A stretch of DNA of 64,000 nucleotides from Alphaproteobacteria bacterium. Lineage in GTDB: Bacteria > Pseudomonadota > Alphaproteobacteria > UBA828. The position numbers were made by a program, and so were the translations under genes. The notes under the pieces are model-generated. The model saw only the letters and a list, made by a program, of their open reading frames with translations. It was not told where the DNA came from and searched no databases. Numbering within the stretch: position 1 is the stretch's first letter; each line of letters begins with the position of its first letter. The stretch spans positions 3,616,001 to 3,680,000 of the forward strand of contig CBDEFM010000002.1 of assembly GCA_965237415.1 (NCBI GenBank). Reading direction: 5' to 3'. Of this stretch, positions 1 to 9,964 are shown piece after piece.

Positions 1-183
1 GATGGCCCTGTTGGCGAGCGCCACGGTGCCCGGCCCGAAACACTCGCCCCAGCCGGTAATTCCCTCGTCGGTCTCGACCTCGACGATATGGGCCGTGCGC
101 TTGCTGTAGAACTGCTGGGAGTATCCCAGCTCCTCCGGCATGTCGTACTGCAGCACGTGGCTGACAATCCGGGTGATCTTCAT
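1..183 (-). CDS. Mandelate racemase/muconate lactonizing enzyme (enolase superfamily), N-terminus; runs off the window
   Basis: Manual translation from ATG at 183: MKITRIVSHVLQYDMPEELGYSQQFYSKRTAHIVEVETDEGITGWGECFGP, with the typical VEVETDEGITGWGE motif. Confidence 0.85.
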   Translation of the reverse strand, partial: MKITRIVSHVLQYDMPEELGYSQQFYSKRTAHIVEVETDEGITGWGECFGPGTVALANRAI

Positions 184-256
184 CTGCGGGTGCCGCGCCG
201 GGCCGGAGCCGGCTTCAGCCGTGGCTGCTTTCAATTGCCGGGTCATGTCGCGTCCG

Positions 257-1870
257 TCAGTCGAAGAGGTTTGCGATGTTCTTCAGGATGCTGTCGCCGA
301 TATAGAGCGCCAGCGCCTGGATGGTCGAGGTGGGGTTCACCGCGGCGGATGTGACGAAGATGCTGCCGTCCACGATGAAGAGGTTGCGTACGTCGTGGCA
401 GCGCCCCCAGCCATTGACCACCGAGCGCTCCGGATCGTCGCCCATGCGCGCCGTGCCCATCTGGTGCCATCCGGCCCGCCACCAGACCTCCTGGCCCGCG
501 CCTGAGATCTGCCTTGCGCCGGCGGCGAGCAACGCCTCCTCCGCCCGCGCCTCGCCGTGGGCGATCATCTTTCTGGTGTTGTCATCCACCGAATAGGTGA
601 TCTTGGGCGCAGGGATGCCGTCGCTGTCGGTGAGCTCGGGGTCGAGCGTGACCGTGTTGGTCTCGCGCGGCAGGTCTTCGGTGACGACGGTGAGCGCCGC
701 CGAATAGGGATAGACCTCGTCCATCAGGCGCCGGTGCTCGCTGCCCCAGGGGATGGGCTTGTCGATGCCGAAGCCGCCGAGAGTCCATGTCATGGGGGTG
801 ATCCAGCGGCTGGCGTGCAACCCGTAGCCGCGCACGAAGTCGCGCGACGGGTCGCTCTCGTAGAACTCCTGGCTCAGGATGCTGCACGCCATGGGTCCCT
901 TGAAGCCCTCCATCGGCTCGTCGAAGACGCCCGAGACGCCCGTCAAGGGGTGGAACATCAGGTTCTTGCCCACGAGGCCGCTGCGGTTGGCGATGCCGTC
1001 CGGGAAGTGCCTGGATTTCGAGTGCAGCATCAGCCTCGGCGTGCCGATGCCATTGCAGGCAAGAACGACGACTTCTGCCCGCTGGCGCTGCAGGCGGCCC
1101 TCCGGGTCGTGATAGAGCACGCCGCTCGCCATGCCGTGCTCGTCCAGCGTGATCTCGCGCACCCGGCAGTCGGTCCGCAATTCCACGCCCGCGTGCAGCA
1201 GGACCGGCCAGTAGGTTGTATTCACGCTGGCCTTGGCGCCCGTCGCGCAGCCCAGATCGCAGGTTCCCGCGTTGACGCACTTCGCCCGACCGTCGTAGTC
1301 GCGGCTCAGGATCGCAGCATCGGACGGCCACCAGTGCCAGCCCAGACGGTTGAAACCCCGCGCCAGCGTCCGGCCCAGCTTGCCGAGAGGGAGCGGCGGA
1401 AGCGGCGGCTCATAGGGCGGATAGGCCGGGTTTCCGGCGAGGCCGGACGAGCCCATGTTGCGATCGTTCTGCGCGTAGTAGGGCTCCAGCGTCGCGTAGT
1501 CCATCGGCCAGTCGTCGGCCACGCCATCCAGCGAGCGGGCGCGGAAGTCAGAGGGATGCATGCGCGGCCAGTGCGCCGCGAAGTTGATCGTCGAGCCGCC
1601 GACGGCATTGAAGTTGACCGGCGTGATCGGCGACTCCTCCGCGTTGATCGGATAGTCCTGCGGCAGACCGCGCACATTGGGGTCGCAACTGAACTCGGCG
1701 TAGCGGCTGAGCTCGTAATCCGGATTGCGGCTGGGGTATGCCGCGTCGGTGATCATCGGTCCCTGTTCCAGGCAGAGAATGCGCATGCGCGAGCCCAGCA
1801 GCGACCAGGCGAACGCCGCGCCGGACGCGCCTGCGCCCACGATCAGCACATCGACGGGGTCGTCGCTCAT
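257..1870 (-). CDS. GMC family oxidoreductase (FAD)
   Basis: GAGASG FAD motif, VGGSTINF, C-terminal HQMGTARMG and NPTSTIQALA. Confidence 0.93.
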   Translation of the reverse strand: MSDDPVDVLIVGAGASGAAFAWSLLGSRMRILCLEQGPMITDAAYPSRNPDYELSRYAEFSCDPNVRGLPQDYPINAEESPITPVNFNAVGGSTINFAAHWPRMHPSDFRARSLDGVADDWPMDYATLEPYYAQNDRNMGSSGLAGNPAYPPYEPPLPPLPLGKLGRTLARGFNRLGWHWWPSDAAILSRDYDGRAKCVNAGTCDLGCATGAKASVNTTYWPVLLHAGVELRTDCRVREITLDEHGMASGVLYHDPEGRLQRQRAEVVVLACNGIGTPRLMLHSKSRHFPDGIANRSGLVGKNLMFHPLTGVSGVFDEPMEGFKGPMACSILSQEFYESDPSRDFVRGYGLHASRWITPMTWTLGGFGIDKPIPWGSEHRRLMDEVYPYSAALTVVTEDLPRETNTVTLDPELTDSDGIPAPKITYSVDDNTRKMIAHGEARAEEALLAAGARQISGAGQEVWWRAGWHQMGTARMGDDPERSVVNGWGRCHDVRNLFIVDGSIFVTSAAVNPTSTIQALALYIGDSILKNIANLFD

Positions 1871-1888
1871 ACCGGATTCCTCCCGCGC

Positions 1889-2365
1889 TCAGGACGGGCG
1901 ATAGCAGCGGCCCCGCGCGCGCACCGGGGCCAGCATGTCCGCGAGTTCATCGGGGTCGTCTTCGGGCAGCTCGTAGCCCTCCGGCTGTGTCGGGCGGTCG
2001 GAAAGGCCGAAGTGCGGGCGAACGTCCGCGCGGCTGTAATAGCCCATGTAGGTGTGCCATAGCAGTGCAGTGAACGCGTCGGATGCCTCTCGCTCCAGCG
2101 CCTCGACGACGGCGACGCGCCCGGCGGCATCCAGGTCGTCGAAGCTCGCGCCACGGGCATCGGCGAGGGCCGCGGCGTGCGAGAGGACCTCGCGCAGCGA
2201 GGCCGCGAGTGCCGGATCGGCCGACGCCTTGCTGACCAGGAAGTCGGCGATGCCGAGCGCGCCCGCTGCCGGGATCCGACCGTCCGCGCTCGCAGGCACG
2301 ATCTCGTCGAGCAGGCCGCTCAGCAGGTGGCCCTGGTCCTCGCTCCAGGGGTGAATGTCGGTCAT
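1889..2365 (-). CDS. Gluconate 2-dehydrogenase subunit 3-like protein
   Basis: LLDEIVP...GA...F...GYYS pattern; directly upstream of the GMC gene; RBS GGAGG before ATG 2365. Confidence 0.8.
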   Translation of the reverse strand: MTDIHPWSEDQGHLLSGLLDEIVPASADGRIPAAGALGIADFLVSKASADPALAASLREVLSHAAALADARGASFDDLDAAGRVAVVEALEREASDAFTALLWHTYMGYYSRADVRPHFGLSDRPTQPEGYELPEDDPDELADMLAPVRARGRCYRPS

Positions 2366-2738
2366 GTGCCGCCTCCGCGTGAGAAGTTGACGCCCCGACG
2401 CGAGACCGCGTCCATGGCCGCCGCCGTGGTTCATTGTCGGGCCGCTGTTAACACTGCCGGATGCTTACGCACACGCGACATCCTCACGTGATTCTCGCGA
2501 CATTTCCAGCTGTGGAAAGAGGGCGGCTTCCGGACAGGTCCAGCCGGCGCTACAGACGATTTGGTCGTCGCTCAAGTCACACCGCCAACGGGCGCTTATG
2601 GCTGCCGAAGGGATACTTGTAGCGATCGCTCGATACCGCGACGCCGGGATTGCCATCGAGCTCGATGCAGCCCTTGGAACCGTAGAGCGTGAAACAAATG
2701 TCGACCACGGTCGGGCGACGCTGGCCACGCCGCTCTCC

Positions 2739-2970
2739 CTATCCCTTCAACGAACCGCTCAGCATCCCGCGCACGAGATAGCTCTGGAAGGCGAAGGCGA
2801 CGACCACCGGGGGCACGACCGCGAGCACCGCGGCCGCGAACATCGGCCCGTAGTCGTAGAACCTCAACTGGACGAAGAAGCCGGCGATGATGACCGGAAT
2901 GGTCTGCGCCTTCGGGCTGCCGGTGAGAATGAGGGCGAAGATGAACTCGTTCCAGCTGACCAGGAACCCG
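2739..2970 (-). pseudogene. C-terminal fragment of a carbohydrate ABC permease (MalG-like)
   Basis: WNEFIFALIL...FQSYLVRGMLSGSLKG; N-terminal part missing. Confidence 0.8.
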
Positions 2971-3275
2971 GCATGCACCGGCGCGGATCAGGCCGCGATT
3001 GCCGCGCGCATGACGGCGGCCTGGCGCGATAGCCGCAAGGGGGCGCGCAAGCGGTCAGGCGTGATGCAATCGAGGCTAGCGCCGCCGCCGCCGCCGCCGC
3101 AGGGCCTCGAAGGGCGCCAAGTCCGTGTCAGGTCGCCCAATAGATCGATTTGTCCCCGAATATCCCGCTATATCTCGGAATCACGATAGCGGGAGGTCGT
3201 TACGGGAAGAGGTGAGAGTCGTCCGAGAGGCCCAGGACTTGCCGTCGTCGCGTGGCCGCGTTATGAGGCCGGGCG

Positions 3276-3563
3276 ATGGAGGTGCGTATCTACAGGCCGA
3301 CGAAAACGGCAACCCAGTCAGGCCACGCGAAGACCAGCCGCTGGGTGCTCGAGCACGCGCCGCGCGGCCACCGTGCGGTGGACAGTCTGATGGGCTGGAC
3401 CGGTTCCGACGACACCACGCAGCAGATCGAGCTGAGCTTCGCCACCAAGCAGCAGGCGATCGCCTACGCCAAGCGCCGGGGCTTCGCCTACGTGGTGGAC
3501 GAGCCCCAGGCACACACCGTCAAGCCCAAGTCCTACGCCGACAACTTCATCCGCAAGACCTGA
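3276..3563 (+). CDS. ETC complex I subunit conserved region protein (NDUFS4-like)
   Basis: RIYRPTKTATQSG...LMGWTGSDD...F.TKQQAIAYA...KSYADNF, a typical alphaproteobacterial family. Confidence 0.9.
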   Translation: MEVRIYRPTKTATQSGHAKTSRWVLEHAPRGHRAVDSLMGWTGSDDTTQQIELSFATKQQAIAYAKRRGFAYVVDEPQAHTVKPKSYADNFIRKT

Positions 3564-3665
3564 GCCGGGGCGCTCCGCGCCTGCGGTGCCCGGCCTCTCC
3601 CTGTCCGGCTTGGAGCGAGAAGACGAGCCACATGATGTGTCTCGTGTCCTGCTCACATCGCGTCT

Positions 3666-3860
3666 CTACCAGTGCTCCCTGCCTCGGGGGGCGCCCGTGT
3701 CTCGCTCGCGATGCAGATTGTCATCGGTGACACGGTTCAACAGGTCGGCGAGTTTGTAAGGTCTCTCTCCCGTCACAACCCGATCGCTGTGCGACGCCAT
3801 CTCGTTAGCGGAACTCTCAGTGATGCCTGACTTCTCGGGGATGTCCTTCGGAATGCGCAC
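3666..3860 (-). pseudogene. Degenerate MazE/AbrB-type antitoxin remnant
   Basis: C-terminus YKLADLLNRVTDDNLHRERDTGAPRGREHW resembles the MazE C-terminus; N-terminus (xRIPK) degenerate; no mazF follows. Confidence 0.5.
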
Positions 3861-3893
3861 GGCCAGCTACCTTCCCATCGCCGCAATTGCCCC

Positions 3894-4811
3894 TCAGCCG
3901 GCGAAGCGGGGCTCCGGAATGCCTCTTATGCCGAGCCCGGTGACCGCGAACAGGCCGCCGGCGAGGAACTGCGGCTTGGCCTCCACCGTGAACATGTCGT
4001 GGACCGCCGGGTGCTGCACGCGGGCCATGGAGGTGACGTAGAGCACGTCGAGATTGTCGCCGCCGAACATCACGCTGGTGACGTTCTTCACCGGCATGCC
4101 GATGCGGCGCTCCACCGAGCCGTCCGGCGCGTAGCGCACCAGCTCGCCGCCGATCACCTGGGCGTTCCAGAGGCAACCTTCCTCGTCCACAGTGGAGCCG
4201 TCGGCAACGCCCGCGTCGTCCTTGGTCGAGGCGAACACCCGCTTGTTGGAGAGGCTGCCCGTCTCGATATCGTAGTCGTAGGCCCAGAACTCTTCCTGGA
4301 AGCTGTCGGCAAGGTAGAAGGTCTTGTCGTCGGGGCTCCAGCAGGGGCCGTTGGTGCAGATGATGCCGCCATCCGCCTTGGTGACGCTGAGGTCGGGGTC
4401 GAGCCGCCAGAGGCCGCAGATGGTGAGCTCCTCCTTGTCGTCCATCCCGCCCGCGAAGAAGCGCCCGCGTCGGTCGCACTTGCCGTCGTTGAGCCGGGTG
4501 CGCGGCTGCTCAGGATCGACCTTGGAGATCAGCTCCATCTCCGCCTTGTCGTAGTCGAAGAAGTAGAAGCCGTCGTCGAGCGCCATCACCGCGCCCCCGC
4601 CGGCACGGAGCGCCATCGCGCCGACATCGTGCTCGCCGACGGTCCAGTTCTCGACCTTGCCGCTGCGTGGGTCCATGCGCCAGAGCTCGGGCTTGCCGAC
4701 CCGGCGGCCGGTGCCGTCCACCCAGTAGAGTCGGCCTTCGTCTACGTCCCACACCGGGCCTTCGCCCAGATGGTTCTCGCAGTCGAGGATGCACTCGATT
4801 TTGATGCTCAT
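3894..4811 (-). CDS. SMP-30/gluconolactonase/LRE family protein
   Basis: LGEGPVWD, RLNDGKCD, NGPCWSPD, DGSTVD motifs; start MSIKIEC at 4811. Confidence 0.92.
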   Translation of the reverse strand: MSIKIECILDCENHLGEGPVWDVDEGRLYWVDGTGRRVGKPELWRMDPRSGKVENWTVGEHDVGAMALRAGGGAVMALDDGFYFFDYDKAEMELISKVDPEQPRTRLNDGKCDRRGRFFAGGMDDKEELTICGLWRLDPDLSVTKADGGIICTNGPCWSPDDKTFYLADSFQEEFWAYDYDIETGSLSNKRVFASTKDDAGVADGSTVDEEGCLWNAQVIGGELVRYAPDGSVERRIGMPVKNVTSVMFGGDNLDVLYVTSMARVQHPAVHDMFTVEAKPQFLAGGLFAVTGLGIRGIPEPRFAG

Positions 4812-4921
4812 GCGCGTCGCCCCTTCGTTTGCCCGATGGTGGCGGCCGCCGGCGGAGCGTGCAAGACCGCACACATTGTCACCAGGCGGCACGGCGGCTA
4901 AGAGAGGGCGGGGAGGGCTCC

Positions 4922-5608
4922 ATGACCGCTCACGACATCGATCTCGCGGCGCTCGGCCGCTACGACACGCCGACCATCTGCAACGCGCTGCTGGCCGTGG
5001 CGCCCGAGGCGGCGCGGCGCTCGACCAAGGCGATGCTCCACTGTGCGCGCCCCGATCTGCCGCCGATGGTGGGCTTCGCCCGCACAACGCTCTACCGCAC
5101 GATGGAGCCCGGCAGCCTCGATGCCGAGGGCGAGAAGGCGCAGGACCTCGCCTGGTTCGACTATGTGGCCGCCGGCCCTGAGCCCCGCATCGTCGTGGTG
5201 CAGGACGGCGATACGCCCCATGCCGCGACCAACGCGCTCTTCGGCGAGGTCATGAGCTTCATGCACAGCGCGCTCGGCTGCGTCGGCCTCATCACCAACG
5301 GCGCCGTCCGCGATGTCGCCGGCATGGTGGAGGGCTTCCAGGCGCTCTACGGCGGCCTCGCGCCCAACCGCGCCGACTTCCACCGGGCCGATTTCGACTG
5401 CGAGGTGAACGTCGCCGGGCTCTACGCGCGCACCGATATCCTCATCCATGCCGACGTCAACGGCGCCGTCGTCGTGCCGCCGGAGCATGTGCCCGCGATC
5501 CTGGAGGCGGCGGCCGCGATTGCCAAGAAGGAGCAGGCGATCATCGATTTCTGCCGCGACCCCACTATCACGGTCGAGAGCTTCAAGCGCTTCTGGAGCC
5601 AGGGCTGA
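4922..5608 (+). CDS. RraA/HMG aldolase family protein
   Basis: DTPTICNAL, FGEVM...GCVGLITNGAVRD, IHADVNG; RBS GGGAGGG. Confidence 0.85.
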   Translation: MTAHDIDLAALGRYDTPTICNALLAVAPEAARRSTKAMLHCARPDLPPMVGFARTTLYRTMEPGSLDAEGEKAQDLAWFDYVAAGPEPRIVVVQDGDTPHAATNALFGEVMSFMHSALGCVGLITNGAVRDVAGMVEGFQALYGGLAPNRADFHRADFDCEVNVAGLYARTDILIHADVNGAVVVPPEHVPAILEAAAAIAKKEQAIIDFCRDPTITVESFKRFWSQG

Positions 5609-5614
5609 GCGCCG

Positions 5615-6346
5615 ATGCGAATCCTTCTCCTGCAGAATCACGACAACTCCGGGCCCGGATACCTGGACGAGCCGGCGGTGCGGCGCGGCGTCAGCTTCGA
5701 GGCCTGCATGCCGCACCTGAATGCCGACGACCGGCTGCCCGCCGACGACTCAGGCTACGACGGCTTCCTCCTCATGGGCGGCGCGATGCATGCGGGCCAC
5801 GTGGAGGAGCATCCGTGGCTCGAGGACGCGGCGGCGCTGGTGCGATGCTTCACCGAGGCGGAGAAACCGGTCCTCGGGATTTGCCTGGGCTCGCAGATCA
5901 TCGCGCGCGCCTTCGGCGGGCGCTGCTACGACATGCCGGTGCCCGAGGTGGGCTTCGTGCCGATCGCGCTGACGGCGGCGGCGGCGAGCGATCCGCTGCT
6001 CGGCCAGTCCTTCGACAACCCGCTCCACCTCGCCCAGTTCCACAGCCAGACTTTCGACATTCCCGAAGGCGCAACGCGACTGATGGTGGGCGAGGAAGTG
6101 CCGAACCAGGCCTTCCGGATTGGGGCCGCGACCTACTCCTTCCAGCCCCACTTCGAGGTGACGCCGGAGATGATGACCACCTGGGTCTCGATCTCGGACG
6201 AGATCGTACCCACCCATTTTCCGACGCTGCCCGAGGCGCTGCCGCACCTGCTACAGCTCCACCACTATGCCTCGCACGATTTCTGCTACCGCGTGGGCGA
6301 CGCCTGGCTCGCCCTCGTCGCCGCGCGGGCGAGGCGCAACGGGTAG
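5615..6346 (+). CDS. Class I glutamine amidotransferase-like protein
   Basis: GICLGSQ nucleophile elbow and QPHFE His-Glu motif. Confidence 0.9.
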   Translation: MRILLLQNHDNSGPGYLDEPAVRRGVSFEACMPHLNADDRLPADDSGYDGFLLMGGAMHAGHVEEHPWLEDAAALVRCFTEAEKPVLGICLGSQIIARAFGGRCYDMPVPEVGFVPIALTAAAASDPLLGQSFDNPLHLAQFHSQTFDIPEGATRLMVGEEVPNQAFRIGAATYSFQPHFEVTPEMMTTWVSISDEIVPTHFPTLPEALPHLLQLHHYASHDFCYRVGDAWLALVAARARRNG

Positions 6347-6460
6347 GTGGATGACGTGGTGATCCCTAAGGTGTGGGTCTGCGCGCCGATTCCGCGCTGA
6401 TCGGCATCGAGCCGAGACGCCGACTCATAAGCTTAGAAGACGAGTGTGGCGCGAGTTACG

Positions 6461-6748
6461 CTACGCAGCAGCAATTCGTTCGATCTGTATTGTCTGCTCG
6501 AGGTGGCGGGACCGCGCGAGGTCGAAGGCCAGTTGCATGCCAAGCCACGTCTCGGGAGTCGAGCCGAAGGCCTTCGATAGACGATAGGCCATCTCGATGG
6601 AGACGGACGCCTTTTCGTTCACCAGGTTTGAAAGCGTCTGGCGCCCGATGCCGAGCCGCTTTGCGCCTTCGGTAACAGTCAGTCCCAATGGCTTCAGGCA
6701 GTCTTCGCGAACGATGGCGCCAGGATGCACGGGATTGTTCATAGCCAT
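6461..6748 (-). CDS. higA: HigA-family addiction module antitoxin (orphan)
   Basis: MNNPVHPGAIVREDCL...RLSKAFGSTPETWLGMQLAFDL. Confidence 0.88.
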   Translation of the reverse strand: MAMNNPVHPGAIVREDCLKPLGLTVTEGAKRLGIGRQTLSNLVNEKASVSIEMAYRLSKAFGSTPETWLGMQLAFDLARSRHLEQTIQIERIAAA

Positions 6749-6851
6749 CGCGAGATCTCTGGTGAGTGGGTCGGCTTGGCCGGTATGGTAGCAGAGAGGT
6801 GACGGCAGTACGCAGGGGTTATACACGCGTGGATAGCTCCACTTATTCGTA

Positions 6852-7496
6852 TTACTCCGCTGTCTCAATCACACCTTTGTCCTCCAGATATTTCCATAAT
6901 TTTGGATTCATGGTTAGTGAACCGTTGGTGATACCGAAGTCCGTTGCAACGTCGACAAGACGGGTTGCAGCTGCGTACGTCTGGGCTGCTTGCACAGCGA
7001 TGAACTCTTCAGAAGCGCGCCAATGATGCAAGGATGACCTTCGGGCCTCCCGAATGAAGCAAAAGTCTCTCACGGAATCTTCCCCAATAAGGTCTGCCTT
7101 CCACAACATTGTCACCCGCCTTTTTTGATCGATTTTCTTGTTAAAGGTTTCGAGTTTCGTGTAGGCGGGGTTGTCCATTATGTAGATTAGAATAGCCAAC
7201 TTTTCTGCAACTATTCCGCTAAGGGCGATCGATCCTATGTAGTTTCCAAGGATGTAATTCGTCTTGGATTGGCGGAGAGGATCAAATAAGCTCTTCCTTA
7301 TTTCTGACTCTTCAATAGAGATAAATAGGCCTTGATCAATTTCACTAAGTTCGAGATATCTCTTTTTGCACGCCGAAATGTCAGAGAGCGCGTCGAGAGA
7401 ACAGAGAGATCTCAGTAGAAGCATTGGCCCAGGCTCTTCGGACGATTCCGAGGAGGGGAACCCAGGTTCCCACTCCGGTATCATCAACGGCTTCAA
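6852..7496 (-). CDS. Low-GC hypothetical protein, possibly HEPN/DUF4145-like
   Basis: AT-rich ORF; GIVAEKL helix and RRSSLH (Rx4H) near the C-terminus. Confidence 0.55.
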   Translation of the reverse strand: MKPLMIPEWEPGFPSSESSEEPGPMLLLRSLCSLDALSDISACKKRYLELSEIDQGLFISIEESEIRKSLFDPLRQSKTNYILGNYIGSIALSGIVAEKLAILIYIMDNPAYTKLETFNKKIDQKRRVTMLWKADLIGEDSVRDFCFIREARRSSLHHWRASEEFIAVQAAQTYAAATRLVDVATDFGITNGSLTMNPKLWKYLEDKGVIETAE

Positions 7497-7612
7497 AAAA
7501 AAGCGTAATATGCTTCTTACTCATCTTGGATGGTTTCGGCAGGCCGACTGTGGAGTGAATGTACGATTAAACGTAAGTTACTGTTTGAATTCAGATTATT
7601 AGGAAGTGGAGG

Positions 7613-7629
7613 TGGTGACCCCTACGGGA
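7613..7629 (-). other. Putative att core: 3' end of a tRNA-Glu-like gene
   Basis: Minus strand reads TCCCGTAGGGGTCACCA (T-stem 3' side, acceptor stem, CCA) with no rest of the tRNA; next to repeated TTGTCCAAC motifs. Confidence 0.55.
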
Positions 7630-7725
7630 GTAGGGGTTGCCAATGAAAACAACGGCTTAGTTTGTCCAACTCCCTCAAAGGGGGGCATTGATTCCGTTGG
7701 GGTATTTTCCCCGTTGTCCAACCCC

Positions 7726-8914
7726 CTAGTCACCCGAATCTAAAGTTCGTGGCATAAGTTTTGATCGACGCGGAGGCAGAAGCGTTTGACGGCGGCGAGG
7801 ATGTCGTCGGCCGATTTGGTCCACCTGAAGGGCTTGGGGTCTTGGTTGTGCTTTTCGATGAAGGCCCGGATATCGGCTTCGAGCTGGCGGGTGGAGGTGT
7901 GCACGCCGCGCTGCAACTGCTTTCGCGTCAACTCGGCGAACCAGCGTTCGACCTGATTGATCCAGGACGCCGACGTCGGCGTGAAGTGGACATGCCAGTG
8001 CGCTCGCCGCGCCAGCCAAGCCTTGACCGCCGCGGTCTTGTGAGTGGCGTAATTGTCCATGACGATGTGGACGTCCAGCCCCTCGGGGACCGAGCGGTCG
8101 ATCTCTTTCAGGAAGTCGAGAAACTCCCTGGCCCGGTGGCGCCTGTAGCACTTGCCGATGACGCGGCCCGTGGCGACATCGAGGGCTGCGAACAGCGAGG
8201 TGGTGCCGTGACGCTTGTAATCGTGCGTGCGCCGCTCAGGCATGCCCGGCAACATCGGCAGGACCGGCTGTGTACGGTCGAGCGCCTGGATCTGGCTCTT
8301 CTCGTCGACGCAGAGCACCAGCGCGCGGTCCGGCGGCGAGAGATAGAGCCCAACGATGTCGCGGACCTTGTCCACGAAGTGCGGATCGCCCGACAGCTTG
8401 AAGGTCTCCGAGCGGTGCGGCTGCAAGCCGAAGGCGCCCCGGATGCGCCAGATCGTCGTGTGCGAAAGGCCGCTTTCCCTGGCCATCGAGCGCAACGACC
8501 AATGGGTGGCGTCCGCCGGCGTCGCGCTGAGCGTCCGCTCGACAACCTTGGCCACCTGATCGTCCGTGAGCGTTCGCGGCCGTCCCGGCCGAGGCTCATC
8601 CGACAGCCCCTCGATGCGCTCCTTCAGGAAGCGGCGGCGCCACTTGCCGACCGTGTGCTCGTGCACGCCGATCTCGGCGGCCACCGCCTTGTTGGTCAGG
8701 CCGTCTGCGCAGCGCAGGATCATGCGGCAGCGATCGGAGATCGAGCGCGCGACCCGGCGCCGTCGAGCCTGACGCTCAAGATACGACCGCTCTTCATCGC
8801 TCAGAACCAAGACCGCCATCGGCCGGCCAGTACCACGCGCCATCGCAATGACCTCCACAGCCACACCACGATGAACAGCCTACACTGAGCCTTACTTCAG
8901 TGCCAGATGACTAG
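7726..8914 (-). mobile_element. IS630-family element, copy 1
   Basis: CTAG at both ends, imperfect IRs CTAGTCA(T/C)C..., encloses the transposase. Confidence 0.93.
7740..8864 (-). CDS. IS630 transposase
   Basis: [32 protein letters not shown] (DDE). Confidence 0.95.
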   Translation of the reverse strand: MAVEVIAMARGTGRPMAVLVLSDEERSYLERQARRRRVARSISDRCRMILRCADGLTNKAVAAEIGVHEHTVGKWRRRFLKERIEGLSDEPRPGRPRTLTDDQVAKVVERTLSATPADATHWSLRSMARESGLSHTTIWRIRGAFGLQPHRSETFKLSGDPHFVDKVRDIVGLYLSPPDRALVLCVDEKSQIQALDRTQPVLPMLPGMPERRTHDYKRHGTTSLFAALDVATGRVIGKCYRRHRAREFLDFLKEIDRSVPEGLDVHIVMDNYATHKTAAVKAWLARRAHWHVHFTPTSASWINQVERWFAELTRKQLQRGVHTSTRQLEADIRAFIEKHNQDPKPFRWTKSADDILAAVKRFCLRVDQNLCHEL

Positions 8915-8952
8915 AGGGGTAGCTGGCAGCGCTTCGGGCGTGAGGTTGCGCT

Positions 8953-9933
8953 ATGGGCGCGCGCAAGCCGCGTGTCCTGCCAGGGCAGGGACAACTGCCG
9001 TTGGACTTCGCCCCGCCCCCCGTGCGAGCGCATGGTCTGCGGGCAGCACACCCTCGCCCGCTGGTGTCGATGGGCAAGGGCGCCGATCACTATTCCAGCT
9101 TCCGCACGTCACCGGCGAAGGCGTGGCGCTTCCCTGAGGTCGAGTACGGGAACGCAGGATCATCTATCGCAGCGCTCGTGCTCGACTGCGACAAGCCGGC
9201 CCGGCTGAGGCGTGGCCTTCCTGATCTGCCCCCGCCGAACTGGACGGTGTGGCGACGGGGGAATCATCACGCGCATGTGTGCTGGACATTGGACACGCCG
9301 GTGCATCGTTACCCCGCCGCCCGTGTCGAGCCGCTGCGCTACCTTGCCGACATCGCCGACTACTACTCGCACGCCGTCGGCGCCGATCCCGGCTATGCGG
9401 GCGTGCTCGCCCACAACCCCGCTTTGATCGACCGCTCGCCCTACCAGACTACCTGGGGGCGCGAAGACCCGTACACGCTCGACCAGCTGGCATCCGTCAT
9501 CCCGTTCAACTGGGAGCCGCCGACCGTCCGGCAGACAGGCGTGGGGCGGAACTGCGACTTGTTCGAAGCCGGGATGCGATGGGCTGGCCGGCGGGCCAAT
9601 GCTCACCAAGACGTGCTCCCGGCACTCATCGTGGTCAATCAGGAGTTCGACCACCCGTTGCCCTTCTCTGAGGTACAGGCCACGGCGCGCTCCATTGAGA
9701 AGTACCGCAGGCGGTGGGCTGCCCGTGGTTGGCACTGCCCGAGGTGGCTGTCGAGGCAGGCGGCGCGTGGGCGCAAGGGTGGACGGCCGCGCCTGTATGA
9801 GCCGGGCCGCGAGCCGTGGATGCTGGCAGGCATGAGCCGGGCGACTTGGTATCGGCGGCGCGAACGTGAGACAAAAGCCAACACAGATAAGAGGGGGGGC
9901 TGGGGGCCACCCTTGCCCTTGCCAGTGAGGTGA
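8953..9933 (+). CDS. ColE2-type plasmid replication initiator (Replicase + PriCT-1 + HTH)
   Basis: LVLDCD, NHHAH..W.L..PV, D.GYAG...HNP, GRNCDLFE, PLPFSEVQATARSI, EPW...GMSRATWYRR. Confidence 0.85.
   Translation: MGARKPRVLPGQGQLPLDFAPPPVRAHGLRAAHPRPLVSMGKGADHYSSFRTSPAKAWRFPEVEYGNAGSSIAALVLDCDKPARLRRGLPDLPPPNWTVWRRGNHHAHVCWTLDTPVHRYPAARVEPLRYLADIADYYSHAVGADPGYAGVLAHNPALIDRSPYQTTWGREDPYTLDQLASVIPFNWEPPTVRQTGVGRNCDLFEAGMRWAGRRANAHQDVLPALIVVNQEFDHPLPFSEVQATARSIEKYRRRWAARGWHCPRWLSRQAARGRKGGRPRLYEPGREPWMLAGMSRATWYRRRERETKANTDKRGGWGPPLPLPVR
9866..9895 (+). promoter_or_regulatory. Putative ColE2-like replication origin
   Basis: GTGAGACAAAAGCCAACACAGATAAGAGGG resembles the ColE2 ori pattern TGAGAC...AAGCC...CAGATAA and lies at the 3' end of rep. 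Confidence 0.55.
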
Positions 9934-9964
9934 GACGACATGAATTCGAGACTGACGGACGACA

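Noticed and set aside
557-2062. Long antisense ORFs (also 7761-8888, 14378-15904, 27314-28666, 49893-51617, 55132-56667)
   Set aside because: Shadow ORFs opposite well-supported genes, with no recognisable motifs.
3079-3100. (GCC)n microsatellite as a phase-variation tract
   Set aside because: Short triplet run outside any supported gene; expected at this GC content.
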